Below, in pieces: positions 1 to 13,687 of a stretch of 64,000 nt of DNA. Position numbers and translations under genes: made by a program. The stretch lies in assembly GCA_964016885.1 (NCBI GenBank), contig OZ024740.1:239134001-239198000 (forward strand). Direction: 5' to 3'. The notes under the pieces are model-generated. The model searched no databases. It was given only the letters and a program-made list of their open reading frames with translations, and had not been told where the DNA came from. This stretch comes from Eledone cirrhosa (Eukaryota). Within the stretch, counting starts at the first letter, position 1. Every line of letters begins with the position of its first letter.

Positions 1-51
1 CATAAGGAAAGTATATACTTTCAAACGTTCAATCATCTGACAGGAAGGTAT

Positions 52-94
52 ACGATGCTGACGATAGCTAATAAGCTTGAAACTAGTTCATCGT
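52..94 (+). ncRNA. Minimal type I hammerhead ribozyme, family H1
   Basis: acgatg-CTGACGA-tagct/aata/agctt-GAAA-CTAGT-T-catcgt; stem I acgatg/catcgt, palindromic stem III ACTAGT; related copies at 11517 and 12303. Confidence 0.8.
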
Positions 95-295
95 TCTTTT
101 GTCAGTGTTGAACAAAAGGGCAACGATGGTTGCCGAACACTGTACGGCTTAATTCGGGCTGTTTGTTTACAAACAAACCGAACATTATAATAAATGTTCG
201 GTAAACCCATACGTACATATATATATGTGTGCATGTATGTATATATATACATACTACTGCACGTCTGTATACATATATGTATGTACGTATACATA

Positions 296-341
<46 letters not shown>

Positions 342-1060
342 CACACATATATATGATATTTATATGTAAATATGTAATCATTATCGTCTTGTTTACCTAC
401 TATTTATTTTTATTCTTAGTTTCTATATTTTACTGCTCATTTGTCGTTGCCGTGGTATACATTACCTAATACCTTATCCTTCTCTTATACACTTGTTTAC
501 TAAGAAACATTTTTACATATTTACATACTTCTAACGTTCTTTTATATAATTATGCCTCATTCTTTACACGCTCCTTACTATTTTCTAATAATCTTATTGT
601 CTCTTTCTGTCACTCTATAGATATGAAAACATTCGGTGTTAGCATTGTTTCGAGCGTATTTTAACCGTAAACAACACGTAACATAGTTTAATTGTAAAAT
701 ACATACTTAGAACTTGGCAACGTGTAAGCATCTTATTTTATTCAACCTTTTACTTACACTAACCTTCACAAATACTACTTTCCATCTTGTCATATAAAAA
801 GTATAACCAGAAAATTTTAGTCTTTAAAGAATTTCACACAGAATTAATTATAATATTAATAGCCAAAACCTAATTACCTAATTAACAATGAATAATTTTG
901 TTATACTTTGGGAGGGTCATGTTGCCAATAAGAAACACACGCACCAGTTGCTTTCACTTCAGTTTATTATATATTTATAAATTTATAAATTTACAAATCT
1001 ACAAACTTATAAATTTCTGGTTGGTTGGTTGGTTCCACAACCAGATAGTTGTTTATATAT

Positions 1061-1105
1061 AGTCATAGTCCTTTCGTCACACACTCTGTGACCTCTTCAG
1101 TGACT
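1061..1105 (-). ncRNA. Minimal type I hammerhead ribozyme, family H2
   Basis: Minus strand agtca-CTGAAGA-gGTCAC..GTGAC-GAAA-ggact-A-tgact; lies in a ~200 bp repeat (900-1110) shared with 57740-57910. Confidence 0.75.
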
Positions 1106-2499
1106 GGGGATTCCTTTCTTTGTTTCTGTGCCTTTCCTTTCTTCTATCCTACGCCATAGTATAACAATATCGGTTTCAACACACGATTTCAGATAAAGAA
1201 TCTTGCTAAACAAATTCAGAAACGAAATGAATAATTTCATTCACGTAATCCTTTGCATCGAAACCAAATAAGTCCAATATTTCCATTTCTTAAAATTTCA
1301 TTATTTTGTCTAGAGCTATAAATTTCATTGGCTGATTTTCAATGTTGTTTCATTATGTTGTTGTATTTCTGGGGTTGTGGTGTGGTACGTTGTCTATGGC
1401 TAAATTTTCATTGGTTGGTTTCCAAAGTTGTTTTGTTAAGTCGTTCTTTTATAATGCTGTGTGTGATTGTTATCGTTTCATTTTTTAAATTCGTAGTTTG
1501 TATGATGTCTTCATTGGTCGTGTTTGGTGTTGTGTATCTATGTCGTTTTGTTGTGTTTTCTTGTTTATCTGGTTAAAGTTACGATCATAGTTGACAACAA
1601 TATCTGTATTAATGCCTTTTACCATACTCCTTGTATTTTTTCTTCTCATGTACTGCGACACCAACCCGTGGGCAGGTAAACGAAGCACCAGCAGGGTATG
1701 TCACCCTACCTCACCTCGTCCTCAATCGTAAAGACCAGGTACACAGATACTTACCTGTTAAATATCAACCACGATCTCTTACGACTGCTCTTTCGAAGGA
1801 ATAAGAAAGCCTCTAGGATAAACAAAATACGACACTTACCACTTTGCCTTTTTTATTGAAGAATTTATTAGGTAAGAAGGCAATATCTTTTGTGACATAT
1901 CTCTAACATGCTTGGTTGAGACCAGACCCATGTTCACTGTCTCTCTCTCGCTTTCGTTACTGTTGCTTTTGTTATTAACGTTAAACAATCTACCTGTACT
2001 TTTTCATTTGCAAAAGTATAGTAGTGGTGGTGGTGGTGGTGGTGGTGGTGGTGGTGGTGGTGGTAGTGGTAGTGGCTGTGGTAGTGGTGGTAGTAGTAGT
2101 ATTAGAGGTAGTTATGTTATATTTTAATTTGTTATAAAGGTAGAAAAAGTGAAACAATACTATTATAAAAACAAAGATACAAAGTGGTTGATTTCTTTAT
2201 CACCTGGTCAACAGTAGGAGATGATAACGATGCCGTCTCTGTTGTATATATTTTAAAACAATATTGCACGCTTATGTTATGATTCTTTCAATACTACTTC
2301 CACAAGTTCAGCAAAGATTCTGTTTTTTGTTGATGAGGTCAGAATAATGGTTTCTAATTTAGACACAAGCAAGGTCAGCAATTTAGGGAAAGGAGAAAGT
2401 CGATTTAAATCGATCCCAGTAATTGATTGATACTTTATTTCATAGACCCCGGAAAAATGAAAAGTAAAGTTGACTTCAGAGATTCAGGCCACCCGGAAA

Positions 2500-3575
2500 A
2501 CACAAGTCACTTATAGAATGCCTTCTCTACGGACCGAATTTTATCCTATCCGGAGGCTTTGTCACATTTGAGTTCTTTAATTTCTCTTGTGACCTCAGAC
2601 CTTCAGAGGTTAGTCACTGCTTCACGATGCACCTCAAGTATATCAGAAGATGCTGTTGTGCCCGGGTGTAGAAGATCAGCAAAGTTTTCTCTCCACATCG
2701 GGAGGATGCACCTCTGAAAGATGTGAACCCAAACGCATTCCTGTTAGTAGGCGTGGAGGAGAACTTCTTATCAAAGTTGGTGGATGGTCTGCTAGAATAT
2801 TTTATTTGATGATCTGAATGTCGAATTCCAGCTTAGCCCCCAAATCCTCTCATGTTTTAATTTTGGACGCCTTTACTGTCTCTGCTGCGACCTTTCACGG
2901 GAGCTTGTGCATTCTACATGTGAGTGGAGTTCCACTGAAGCAGGTGGAGAAGTTCAAGTAACACGGGTGATGGATGACAGGAGGCTGAATTTAGTGCAAG
3001 AATTCCAGGAGATGGTGCAATAATGCACCAGCTTCAAAGTTTGGTCATCAAAAGAAGGGAGGTAGGTGTAATAACCAAACTCGCTATCTTCAATTCGATA
3101 TTCGTGCCAACCCTTGTCTATGGTCAAGAATCTTGGGTAATGACTGAAATACAAGCAACAGGAATGGAGTTCCTACGAAGAGCTTTTGGAGTAATGTTAT
3201 TCGATAGAGTGCGTAGTTCGGAGATGAGAAAGTCGCTACAGGTAGGAACGCTTCTCCGAATTGAGAGATCACAGCTCCGATATTACAAACATGTGGTTAG
3301 AATGTCTCATGAAGAGTCGCTGGACAGATTTTTACGGGTAAAATCAACCTGAAGGAGGCACAGGGGTGGACTCCGAGCAAGTTGGTTGGATAAGAACCAT
3401 GAGCTCGGCTGGTCTTTCTTGGGGATCCAGTCGGATCAATCGGAGACATTTGCTTTTTACAGGACCGGCTGGAAGGAGTGTTTGAGGACTCTGCCCCCCA
3501 CGACTGTCTCAGGAATAGAAGAAGAAGAAGAAGAAGAAGAAGAAGAAGAAGAAGAAGAAGAAGAAGAAGAAGAAG
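2500..3575. mobile_element. Decayed RTE-like LINE fragment, 5' part inverted, (GAA)n tail
   Basis: + ORF 3023-3352 KLAIFNSIFVPTLVYGQESW...RSQLRYYKHVVRM resembles the LINE post-RT region; 2500-2950 reads as LINE-like residue on the minus strand; (GAA)n at 3518-3573. Confidence 0.65.
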
Positions 3576-3687
3576 GTTTATCCCGGTCAAATGTGAATTC
3601 AGAACGTGAAGAACCAGAACAAATACTGATAAGCATTTGTCAGACACCCAAAAGACTCTGCCAGTCCACCGCCCCCGTAACGTCAGA

Positions 3688-3910
3688 ATAATGGTTTCTG
3701 ATATAAGCACAAGGCCAGCAATTTGAAGGGAAGGGGAAAGTCGATTAAATCGACCACAGTGCGTTACTGGTACTTTATTTCATTGACCCCGTAAGGATGA
3801 TGAAAAGCAATGTTAACCTCGGTGGGATTTGAACTCAGAATGTACAGAGCCAGAACAAATACTGCTAAGCATTTGTCCAACGCTCTAAAGACTCTGCCAA
3901 TCCACGGCCT
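3688..3910 (-). mobile_element. tRNA-derived SINE (major family)
   Basis: Reverse complement of the family consensus: ..gacccc-gtaaggatga..aacctcggtgggatttgaactcagaa. Confidence 0.8.
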
Positions 3911-5111
3911 TCATAAGGTCAGAATAATACCAACAGATATCCTAATATGTCTTTCGTACTTGTCGAAACAATGAAAATACTACCAGTCAATGACTCATAT
4001 TGTTTTGTTCCCCACCATATAATTATTTCTACCTAGCTATATAATGCTCCCTGCATTAAATATGAACACTAACATATTTCTTTTACTATTTAATAAGGGA
4101 GAATAGGACAGCGACCGTAATTCTTTTTCAGGGCCTCGAAGACGTGGCTCAAATGTTTGCAGCAGAGCCTTCCTTACTTTCACTCGTGCGTTGCAAGCCA
4201 GCGCGTTGAACCAACCATGTTCAGTAGTGCCCTCCGTCCTCCTCAGTTGTTAGCATCAGAGTGTACTCCACTAAATGCACCCAAGGGCTAGTTGGTGATA
4301 TTAAACTGGGCTACGGAGAAATTCAACCATGTAAGTTGGCCGCAATGAGATTTGAACTTAGAACGGAACAAATACCATAAGATTTCGCCTTGGATTTATC
4401 TTATTGATTACGAAAGACTAAAATACGAAAGACTAAAATGCGGGATTTGAACGCGAGATTTGAACGCAGTACATAGAAAGTTCAGATCCACTCCCACCCT
4501 GTATTTTCTATATCTTACAAAAATTGCAACCAATTGATGTTAGATGTTAGTCTTAACCCGTCACTCAGTTTAGCATCACTTGGTTTTTGGATGGCTTTAA
4601 CTGAGTTCAGTGTAACCAGCTCTCTGATTTCAGGATAACTTCCCCCATCCCCCCCACCCGGTCTTGAGAAAAAAAAAAAGAAAGTTGGAGTTATATCCCC
4701 TGTTTTATAACTCCCAAGCACGCCATGATGGATCTTTTGATAAACTAATTGCATGGACAAATGCTGTTAATGAAATATTTTCATCTTATTCACTATATCA
4801 TATAACTGCTACACTACCGCATGTGGGTCTTGTAATGCAGGACGCTCTCCGGAGGTATTTTCCTTCCGACAAATTCTGGCTGATATTCCAATAGCAGTCG
4901 ATTGGCTGGGTCAATAAGTATGGTTACCAAGCAACAAATGCGATGAGGTCTGTAAGTTCATGCTGTCTTTTCAATAAAATATAATACTTCCACAATATTA
5001 TTTTTTTTTCTCTCTCTGTTTTCTTTCGTTGAGCAGTCTACTAACAACTTCCATTGCTATCTGTCCCATTAACACCAACACCACCACCCCCACCAACACC
5101 ACCACACACCC

Positions 5112-6550
5112 CTTCTTCTTCTTCTTCTTCTTCTTCTTCTTCTTCTTCTTCTTCTTCTTCTTCTTCTTCTCCTCCAGCATCATCATCACCATCATCATTG
5201 CCATAGTATTCATCATCATCATCATCATCATCATCAATGTCATTATCATCGTCATCGTCATCATCTTTATCATCTACATCATCAACATCACCATCATTTA
5301 CATCAGTCCACCACCACCACCATAACCACCACCACCGCCACCACCGCCACCGCCACTACCACAACCACCACCGCCACCACCACTACCACAACCACCACCG
5401 CCACCACCACTACCACAACCACCACCGCCACCACCGCCACCACCACTACCACAACCACCACCGCCACCACCACTACCACAACCACCACCACCACCACCAC
5501 CACTACCACAACCACCACCGCCACCACCGCCACCACCGCCACCGCCACTACCACAACCACCACCGCCACCACCACTACCACAACTGCCACCACCACCACC
5601 ACTACCACAACCACCACCACCACCACCGCCACCACCGCCACCACCACTACCACAACCACCACCGCCACCACCACTACCACAACCACCACCACCACCACCA
5701 CCACTACCACAACCACCACCACCACTACCACAACCACCACCGCCACCGCCACTACCACAACCACCACCGCCACCACCACTACCACAACCACCACTGCCAC
5801 CACCACCACCACTACCACAACCACCACCACCACCACCACTACCACAACCACCACCGCCACCACCACTACCACAACCACCACCGCCACCGCCACCACCATC
5901 ACCACTACCACAACCACCACCGCCACCACCGCCACCACCGCCACCACCACTACCACAACCACCACCGCCACCACCACTACCACAACCACCACCGCCACCA
6001 CCGCCACCACCACTACCACAACCACCACCGCCACCACCACTACCACAACCACCACCACCACCACCACCACTACCACAACCACCACCGCCACCACCGCCAC
6101 CACCGCCACCGCCACTACCACAACCACCACCGCCACCACCACTACCACAACTGCCACCACCACCACCACTACCACAACCACCACCACCACCACCGCCACC
6201 ACCGCCACCACCACTACCACAACCACCACCGCCACCACCACTACCACAACCACCACCACCACCACCACCACTACCACAACCACCACCACCACTACCACAA
6301 CCACCACCGCCACCGCCACTACCACAACCACCACCGCCACCACCACTACCACAACCACCACTGCCACCACCACCACCACTACCACAACCACCACCACCAC
6401 CACCACTACCACAACCACCACCGCCACCGCCACCACCATCACAACCACCACCGCCACCACCACTACCACAACCACCACCGCCACCGCCACCACCACCACC
6501 ATCACCACCACCACCACCATCACCACCACCACCACCGCTACCACCACCAC
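5112..6550. repeat. Compound trinucleotide satellite: (CTT)n, (CAT)n, then CCA/CCG/CTA/CAA higher-order array
   Basis: Directly visible; source of the poly-H, poly-G and poly-V ORFs. Confidence 0.95.
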
Positions 6551-6884
6551 TATAACTATCATTACAGTTCATCATCCTATTTATTATCATTGCCGTCATC
6601 TTTCACCTTCACCTTTTCCTACTCCACCCCGCCACCACAGCTATCGCCAACAATGTTACCACCCCCATAACCAAAACCACTATAATTACCCCAACAACCC
6701 TCACCCAACTAAATATAGTAGTGTCATGCCACACCCCAGCCTCCCCGATCACCTTCACAGAATATATGTAAATAAAATGTTTAAACTATCATATGACATA
6801 GTACTACGTACACCTAACCACCGTCTTTCGCGTTCACTATATCACTATATTCCTGTGCGCACGTTTGTGTGTGTGCATACGTGC

Positions 6885-6930
<46 letters not shown>

Positions 6931-7087
6931 CAACGAGTGGGACCCCGACGGCTGAGCTCAAGCCGTTTCGACGGCTTGAGCTCAGCCGTCGGGGGTCCCA
7001 CTCGTTCCTATTACCCACTCTACTACCCTAAGTATTGAGTACTTTGGTGCGTTATGGTCCACCTGGTTCCTTACCACATTTCCTTCG

Positions 7088-7125
<38 letters not shown>

Positions 7126-7183
7126 AGTTAAGAACTAGCTGTCGAAACGGCCGGAGCTCAGCCGTCAGGGTGCTGAATATTTT

Positions 7184-7244
<61 letters not shown>

Positions 7245-7440
7245 CGAAGGAAATGTGGTAAGGAACCAGGTGGACCATAACGCACCAAAGTACTCAATAC
7301 TTAGGGTAGTAGAGTGGGTAATAGGAACGAGTGGGACCCCCGACGGCTGAGCTCAAGCCGTTTCGACGGTTAATTCTGGACTCATTCAGAATTAGCCGTC
7401 GAAACGGCTTGAGCTCAGCCGTCGGGGTCCCACTCGTTCC
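6931..7440. mobile_element. Cluster of short inverted repeat ends with a hammerhead 3' half (family H3) in (TA)n
   Basis: GAAACGGCTTGAGCTCAGCCGTC (GAAA, hairpin stem III, GUC) followed by a shared tail ending ..ccttcgtTATATA; further copies at about 8715-8900, 9585-9690 and 11313-11460. Confidence 0.7.
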
Positions 7441-7555
7441 TATATATATATATAGGGAGTGAAACTTGGAGTTACTGTAGGTTCACCCGGGTGAGCACTC
7501 GATGTTTAGGTTCACTTCTGTGTCGAGGTGTAGAGCTAGACAGATTATATTATAG

Positions 7556-7765
7556 TGAAAAGATAACTAGGACGATTGGTTACTCCTTCATTACATTTAT
7601 TGGTAGGTGACGCGCGTTTCGCCACTCATCAGCTCAATGTTCGATCTGTATCGATTTTGGGTAAGATCGATACAGATCGAACCCTGAGCTGATCAGTTGC
7701 GAAACGCGCGTCACCTACCAATAAATGTAATGAAGGAGTAACCAATCGTCCTTGTTATCTTTTCA
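7556..7765. repeat. ~100 bp-arm inverted repeat with hammerhead 3' half GAAACGCGCGTC
   Basis: Arms tgaaaagataac..gatctgtatcgat / atcgatacagatc..gttatcttttca; (TA)n on the right flank. Confidence 0.75.
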
Positions 7766-8416
7766 ATATATATATATATATATTTCAGCCGGTAGAAAAA
7801 GCGAAACGAAACGCAGAATCGTAGAAATGCTGGCAAGCGCTCCAATAGTTAAGAAAAACCAGAGCTAAACAATATGTTAAAACGCCATACAAACTGAAAA
7901 GTGGTCAAGAAGGCATTAACCATCTAAGCCAAAAAACAAGTGAAGCTAAACAGGTCAAACAAAATAAATGATATAAACAGACCTAGACCCAAGCGGAATT
8001 GATGGTAAAATCCAAATGCAGGGTTTCTATGACACCTAAATCAATAATACTGTCTGCTTAAAACTATAAACTTTCAGCATAAAGATCGAACAAGGAATAT
8101 CACGTTATCAACAGGTATTTTGCTCTGTAACCAACTTTGTGAGTGACACAGAACCTTGAAAAGCACATGTGTAAATCACGAGGAAAAAATTCCCCAGATT
8201 TTGGCAAATGAATTCAGTATGTGTATATCATACAAAAAATTGCATAGATAGCACCAATCGAATAAGCACTCAACCGGGTAGTTTTTAAAATAAATTTATG
8301 CAATTAATCTGTCAATAGAATTATTAACAGGTTAATTGTAAGACTCGGGAGATTAATATAAATATATATTCAGCGAGAATCGTATTTTTCGGCCGGTAGA
8401 AAAAGCGAAACGAAAC

Positions 8417-8463
<47 letters not shown>

Positions 8464-8611
8464 ATATATATATGTACATATATATATTGTTTATTAACAG
8501 TTTGACTTATTTCTGCCAGGATCTAAATAAAAAGGTAAGATGTTGTTAAGGGCCACAATTGGTTGTTTGTGTACACACTTATCACCTATATATATATATA
8601 TATATATACAT

Positions 8612-8711
<100 letters not shown>

Positions 8712-8898
8712 GTATATAACAAAGAAAGTGTGGTACGGAACTAGGTTGACCATAACGCACCAGAGTACTCAATACTTAGAGTAGTAGAGTGGGTAATAGG
8801 AAAAGAGTCAGGATCCCGACGGCTGAGCTCCAGCCGTTTCGACAGCTAGATCCGAACATGTCCGGATCTAGCTGTCGAAATGGCCTGTCGGGGTCCTG

Positions 8899-8987
<89 letters not shown>

Positions 8988-9205
8988 GTGTGTGTGTGTG
9001 CGCGTGTGTGTGTGTGAGAGTGTGTGTGTGTATTTGTAGTTATTGGCAAGGTCAATAACAATGTTAGAACACCATGTAATACAGAAGTATTATTTCATCA
9101 TCTGATATCCTACAATATCAGATGATGAAAGTTTTGGTCTTTGTAGTTGGCTTTCATCAGATTGGATTTCGTTGGCCATTCAAACGAGTTACAGAGTCAT
9201 ATGTA

Positions 9206-9268
<63 letters not shown>

Positions 9269-9270
<2 letters not shown>

Positions 9271-9348
9271 ATTGCCTTGTCTGATGAACGAATGCGGACG
9301 TTTCTTGTATTCGTCTTATTCGGGAAACCTCTGGTAACGAGGTAATTA
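9269..9348 (+). ncRNA. Type I hammerhead ribozyme, family H4
   Basis: taattgccttgt-CTGATGA-acgaat..attcgg-GAAA-cctctggT-A-acgaggtaatta; 12-bp stem I with G-U pairs, GUA cleavage triplet, directly after (TA)n. Confidence 0.8.
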
Positions 9349-9703
9349 TACTGTATTGTTTATTATACATTAAATATATATATATATAATAAATGAGTGA
9401 AGAGTAACACGGATAAGCAATACAGTAGGGTTTATTCCAAGTATTGACATATGTTTCATTGGCTAGATGTGTCTAAAAGTAGCTATCAAACAACGCCGCA
9501 CGTTAACATGATCCATTGTACAGATTACTCATAACCACTACTTGGATTACCTTATATGACACCTCGTTTACTTCAATATATATATAATGAAGGAAGTGTG
9601 GTAAGGAACCAAGTGGACCATAACGCACCAGAAATAAATAGCCGTCGAAACGGCTTGAGTTCTGCCGTCGGGGTCCTGAACATTTTCCTATATATATATA
9701 TGT

Positions 9704-10019
9704 GTGTGTTGAACAATGAAAACAAAAGACAAAGTTTATTGTTTAATCAGTTCATTGTTTTACGATCGTTTCAAAAGGTTGATTGACCATGATAAAATGA
9801 TCAATAGTAGTTATTTAACATATTATTAGTCTCGATACTATAGATCCATCTTACTATCTTCGTCTGAAATGATCTGATTGTTTCAGATATGGAGTTACAT
9901 AACTACTATTGATTAGTCACTATATCGATTTATCATGATCAATCAACTTTCTGAAATGATCGTAAAACGAGGAACTGATTAAACAATAAACTCCATTTTG
10001 TTTTCATTGTTCAACACAC
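9704..10019. repeat. Imperfect inverted repeat with hammerhead 3' half GAAACGATCGTA
   Basis: gtgttgaacaatgaaaacaaaa.. / ..ttttgttttcattgttcaacac; tacgatcgtttc near 9761-9772. Confidence 0.65.
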
Positions 10020-10060
10020 TCTTAAACACATACACACACACATATGTATGTATGCATCTA

Positions 10061-10525
10061 TCTAAATTATAATAAAGTAAGAAGCGCCGGATTACGTACG
10101 GTTTCTAAGTTTTTATCCCATTAGTAAAATAAGTTGGATTACTTTGAATAAATAATGAATGAATATTACATAATTTATCTACTAAATTTCGTGGCTGTTC
10201 ATTAAATATATTTTATTATTTATTTAAAGATTCACTTCTTTATATGAAATTTAAACCATAGGTAAATGACAAGATATGATGCCTATTCACAATTTCAGCA
10301 AATTTCAATAATATTAAAACATCCTAATGGGGGTTAAGCCCCCTATAGTGAAAATTTTGGAAGCCCATAACTTGAGTATTGGAACATCTATTATCACGGG
10401 GGTTTTCTATTAATTAAACGTAATATTGAAATGTAGAGTTTTTCTCCATAAATTATATCATTGATTTAAAATCAATCATCATTTTCTTACAAAAAAAAAA
10501 AAAAATGGCGCGGGTAATTCAACTA
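10061..10525 (+). mobile_element. Possible non-autonomous Helitron remnant
   Basis: Starts TCTAAATTATAATAAAG and ends gcgcgggtaattcaacta, resembling Helitron 5'-TC and 3' termini; degenerate. Confidence 0.35.
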
Positions 10526-11125
10526 TATATATATATATATATATATATGAACAAAGTTTATATGGTTCGTTGATTATTCAACGAATACAATTTTACAATA
10601 GATTAGAAGCACTCGACAAAATTTTTTTCTGGAGTATTTAATATTATTCAAAATATTAATAAATGAAAAATATTCTCATAACCAAAATATATATTTTATA
10701 GGTACAATGGTGTTTAAGTACGTTTTCATCAGATGAAATATATGAGAGATTGGATATGCGACATACCGCTACGGTTTTGATTATTCAATCCCACTACCGT
10801 AGCGGTATGTCTCATATACCTCTCTTTCTTACTTGGAAAAAGTTACATCTATGGTGCAAATTTGGTGCTTTTTGGTCCAGCCGTTTGGCGAAAAGTTTGT
10901 TACATACATACGGCCGTCAGCTTTATAATATATATATATATATATATATTTTTTTTTTGATATATATATATATATATATACATAAACACACACACGCACA
11001 CACATATATATGAATATAACACCATGTTCAATATAGACTAGAACTGTTCCATTCAAAAGAAATGTATATATATATATATATGGTGAGATACAACTGAAAT
11101 ACATATAATTTAGTCTATATTTATG

Positions 11126-11181
<56 letters not shown>

Positions 11182-11456
11182 AAATCAAAAGATGGTTAAA
11201 AGAGTTCCATGTATTTTATTATGCGCATTTCAAAAACAAATATCATCATGGGATGATATTTGCGTTCACTGCTTTATTGTGCTACAATAAAACTCACCTC
11301 CTTCATATATATAAAACGAAGGAAATGTGGTAAGGAACCAGGTGGACCATAACGCACCAAAGTACTCAATACTTGAGGTAGTAGAGTGGGTAATAGGAAC
11401 CAGTAAGACCCCGACAGCTGAGCTCAAGCCGTTTCGACGGCTAATTCTGGACTCAG

Positions 11457-11512
<56 letters not shown>

Positions 11513-11516
11513 TATT

Positions 11517-11557
11517 CGATGCTGACGATAGCTAATAACCTTGAAACTAGTACATCG
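11517..11557 (+). ncRNA. Hammerhead ribozyme, family H1
   Basis: cgatg-CTGACGA-..-GAAA-CTAGT-A-catcg; stem II has one mismatch. Confidence 0.75.
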
Positions 11558-11700
11558 TTCCTGTGTCAGTGTTGAACAAAAAGGTGACGTGGTTGCCTAA
11601 ACACTGTACGGCGTAATTCGGGCTGTTTGTTTGTTTACAAACAAACCGTGTTCGGTAAACCGATACGTGCATATATATATGTGTGCGTGTACGTATATAC

Positions 11701-11827
<127 letters not shown>

Positions 11828-11878
11828 GTATATATATATATGTATATATATATATGTATATATATATATATAAATATA

Positions 11879-12002
<124 letters not shown>

Positions 12003-12302
12003 AATTGAAACAAAATGAAAACGAAATTTCATTTCTCACTCTTAGTATGGCACTTACTTAAATGTAAGTATGCATGTATACGTACATACATATATGTATA
12101 CAGACGTACAGTAGCATGCACATATATATATATATATACATATATATATACATATGCATACAGGTACACATACATATATGCACGTATCAGTTTAGCGGCG
12201 CTAACGTCGCTTTGTTCGTTTGTAAACAAACTGAACAGCCTGAATTTATGCCATACGGTGTTAAGGCAACCACGTCACCTTTTTGTTCAACACTGACACA
12301 GG

Positions 12303-12347
12303 AACGATGTACTAGTTTCAAGCTTGTTAGCTATCATCAGCACCGTT
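12303..12347 (-). ncRNA. Hammerhead ribozyme, family H1 (best copy)
   Basis: Minus strand aacggtg-CTGATGA-tagctaacaagctt-GAAA-CTAGT-A-catcgtt; canonical core, GUA site. Confidence 0.85.
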
Positions 12348-12380
12348 TACCCATCTGCCAGATAGTTGAACGTTCGAAAG

Positions 12381-12428
12381 TATATACTTTCCTTATGAAA
12401 ATTAACGGCTGAGCAGCCTAATTTGCAT
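12381..12428 (-). promoter_or_regulatory. Putative octamer + TATA promoter upstream of the H1 hammerhead
   Basis: Minus strand ATGCAAAT-34 nt-TATATA; same spacing at 25683 and 53704. Confidence 0.5.
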
Positions 12429-12880
12429 ATTGAGTGAGTTAAATCGGTCAGGCATACCGAAAACGATAAATTGAAACAAAATGAAAACGAAATTTCATTT
12501 CTCACTCTTAGTATGGTTCAGTTTGTTTACAAACGAACAAAGCGACGTTAGCGCCGCTAAACTGATACGTGCATATATGTATGTGTACCTGTATGCATAT
12601 GTATATATATATGTATATATATATATATATATATATGTGCATGCTACTGTACGTCTGTATACATATATGTATGTACGTATACATGCATACTTACATTTAT
12701 GTATATATATATATGTATAAATTATATCTCATAAAATAATATAACTGGATTTTCCACATTATACATATTGTTAGCACCCCAAACACTTAAATTGGGTTTA
12801 TATTTTAATATAACCTAATGTTTGTTGAGTGAGATGGTTACCAGTCAGAGTTTAGCTTTAAACTATCTCTGTTATTGTAT

Positions 12881-12962
<82 letters not shown>

Positions 12963-13220
12963 GAGAGGCGTATTTTGGAATCTGTCATGCGTAAGTGTGT
13001 GTAATGTTTTGGTTTTTATCAGGAATATCTTTGTGTACGTACACACATACATAAATAAATACATAATGCATACACACACACACACACATACACACATATA
13101 TATATATACGTGTGTATTTGTATTTGTGCGTTTATGTATGTCTCTCTCTCTCTGTATATATATATATATATATATATATACGATATTAAACAATGGAAAC
13201 TACATTTATAAAAGCATATT

Positions 13221-13286
13221 TATTTCATTATATATATTTCAGGGATATCATATTAAAAATATTGTATGCCCTCTTCAGACAAAATA
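13221..13286 (-). ncRNA. Hammerhead ribozyme, family H5
   Basis: Mirror copy of 13428-13493. Confidence 0.75.
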
Positions 13287-13427
13287 CAATATATAAACAG
13301 TTTTATAAATAAATTTGACATACCTTGGAAAATTTACAACTTCCATTGTTCCATAACAACTTTTTAAATGGAAGTTGTAAATTTTCCAAGGTATGTCAAA
13401 TTTATTTATAAAACTGTTTATATATTG

Positions 13428-13493
13428 TATTTTGTCTGAAGAGGGCATACCATATTTTTAATATGATATCCCTGAAATATATATAATGAAATA
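13428..13493 (+). ncRNA. Hammerhead ribozyme, family H5
   Basis: tattttgt-CTGAAGA-ggg..catatt/aatatg..ccct-GAAA-tatataT-A-atgaaata. Confidence 0.78.
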
Positions 13494-13620
13494 AATATGG
13501 TTTTATAAATGTAGTTTCCATTGTTTAATATCGTAAAATACTCCAAAAAGCTGTTGAGTGCTTTTATATCAGTTATAAAATATTTACTCGTTGTAACCCA
13601 ACAATTTTAAATAAAATTTT

Positions 13621-13687
<67 letters not shown>

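Larger units (their letters stand above)
13179..13535. repeat. Near-perfect ~170 bp-arm inverted repeat carrying two hammerheads (family H5)
   Basis: Arms 13179-13347 and 13367-13535, 19-nt spacer, (TA)n nearby on both sides. Confidence 0.9.

Noticed and set aside
5237-6670. 477-aa His-rich and 433-aa Gly/Cys-rich ORFs
   Set aside because: They are translations of a trinucleotide satellite that is open in several frames; no splice or start context seen.
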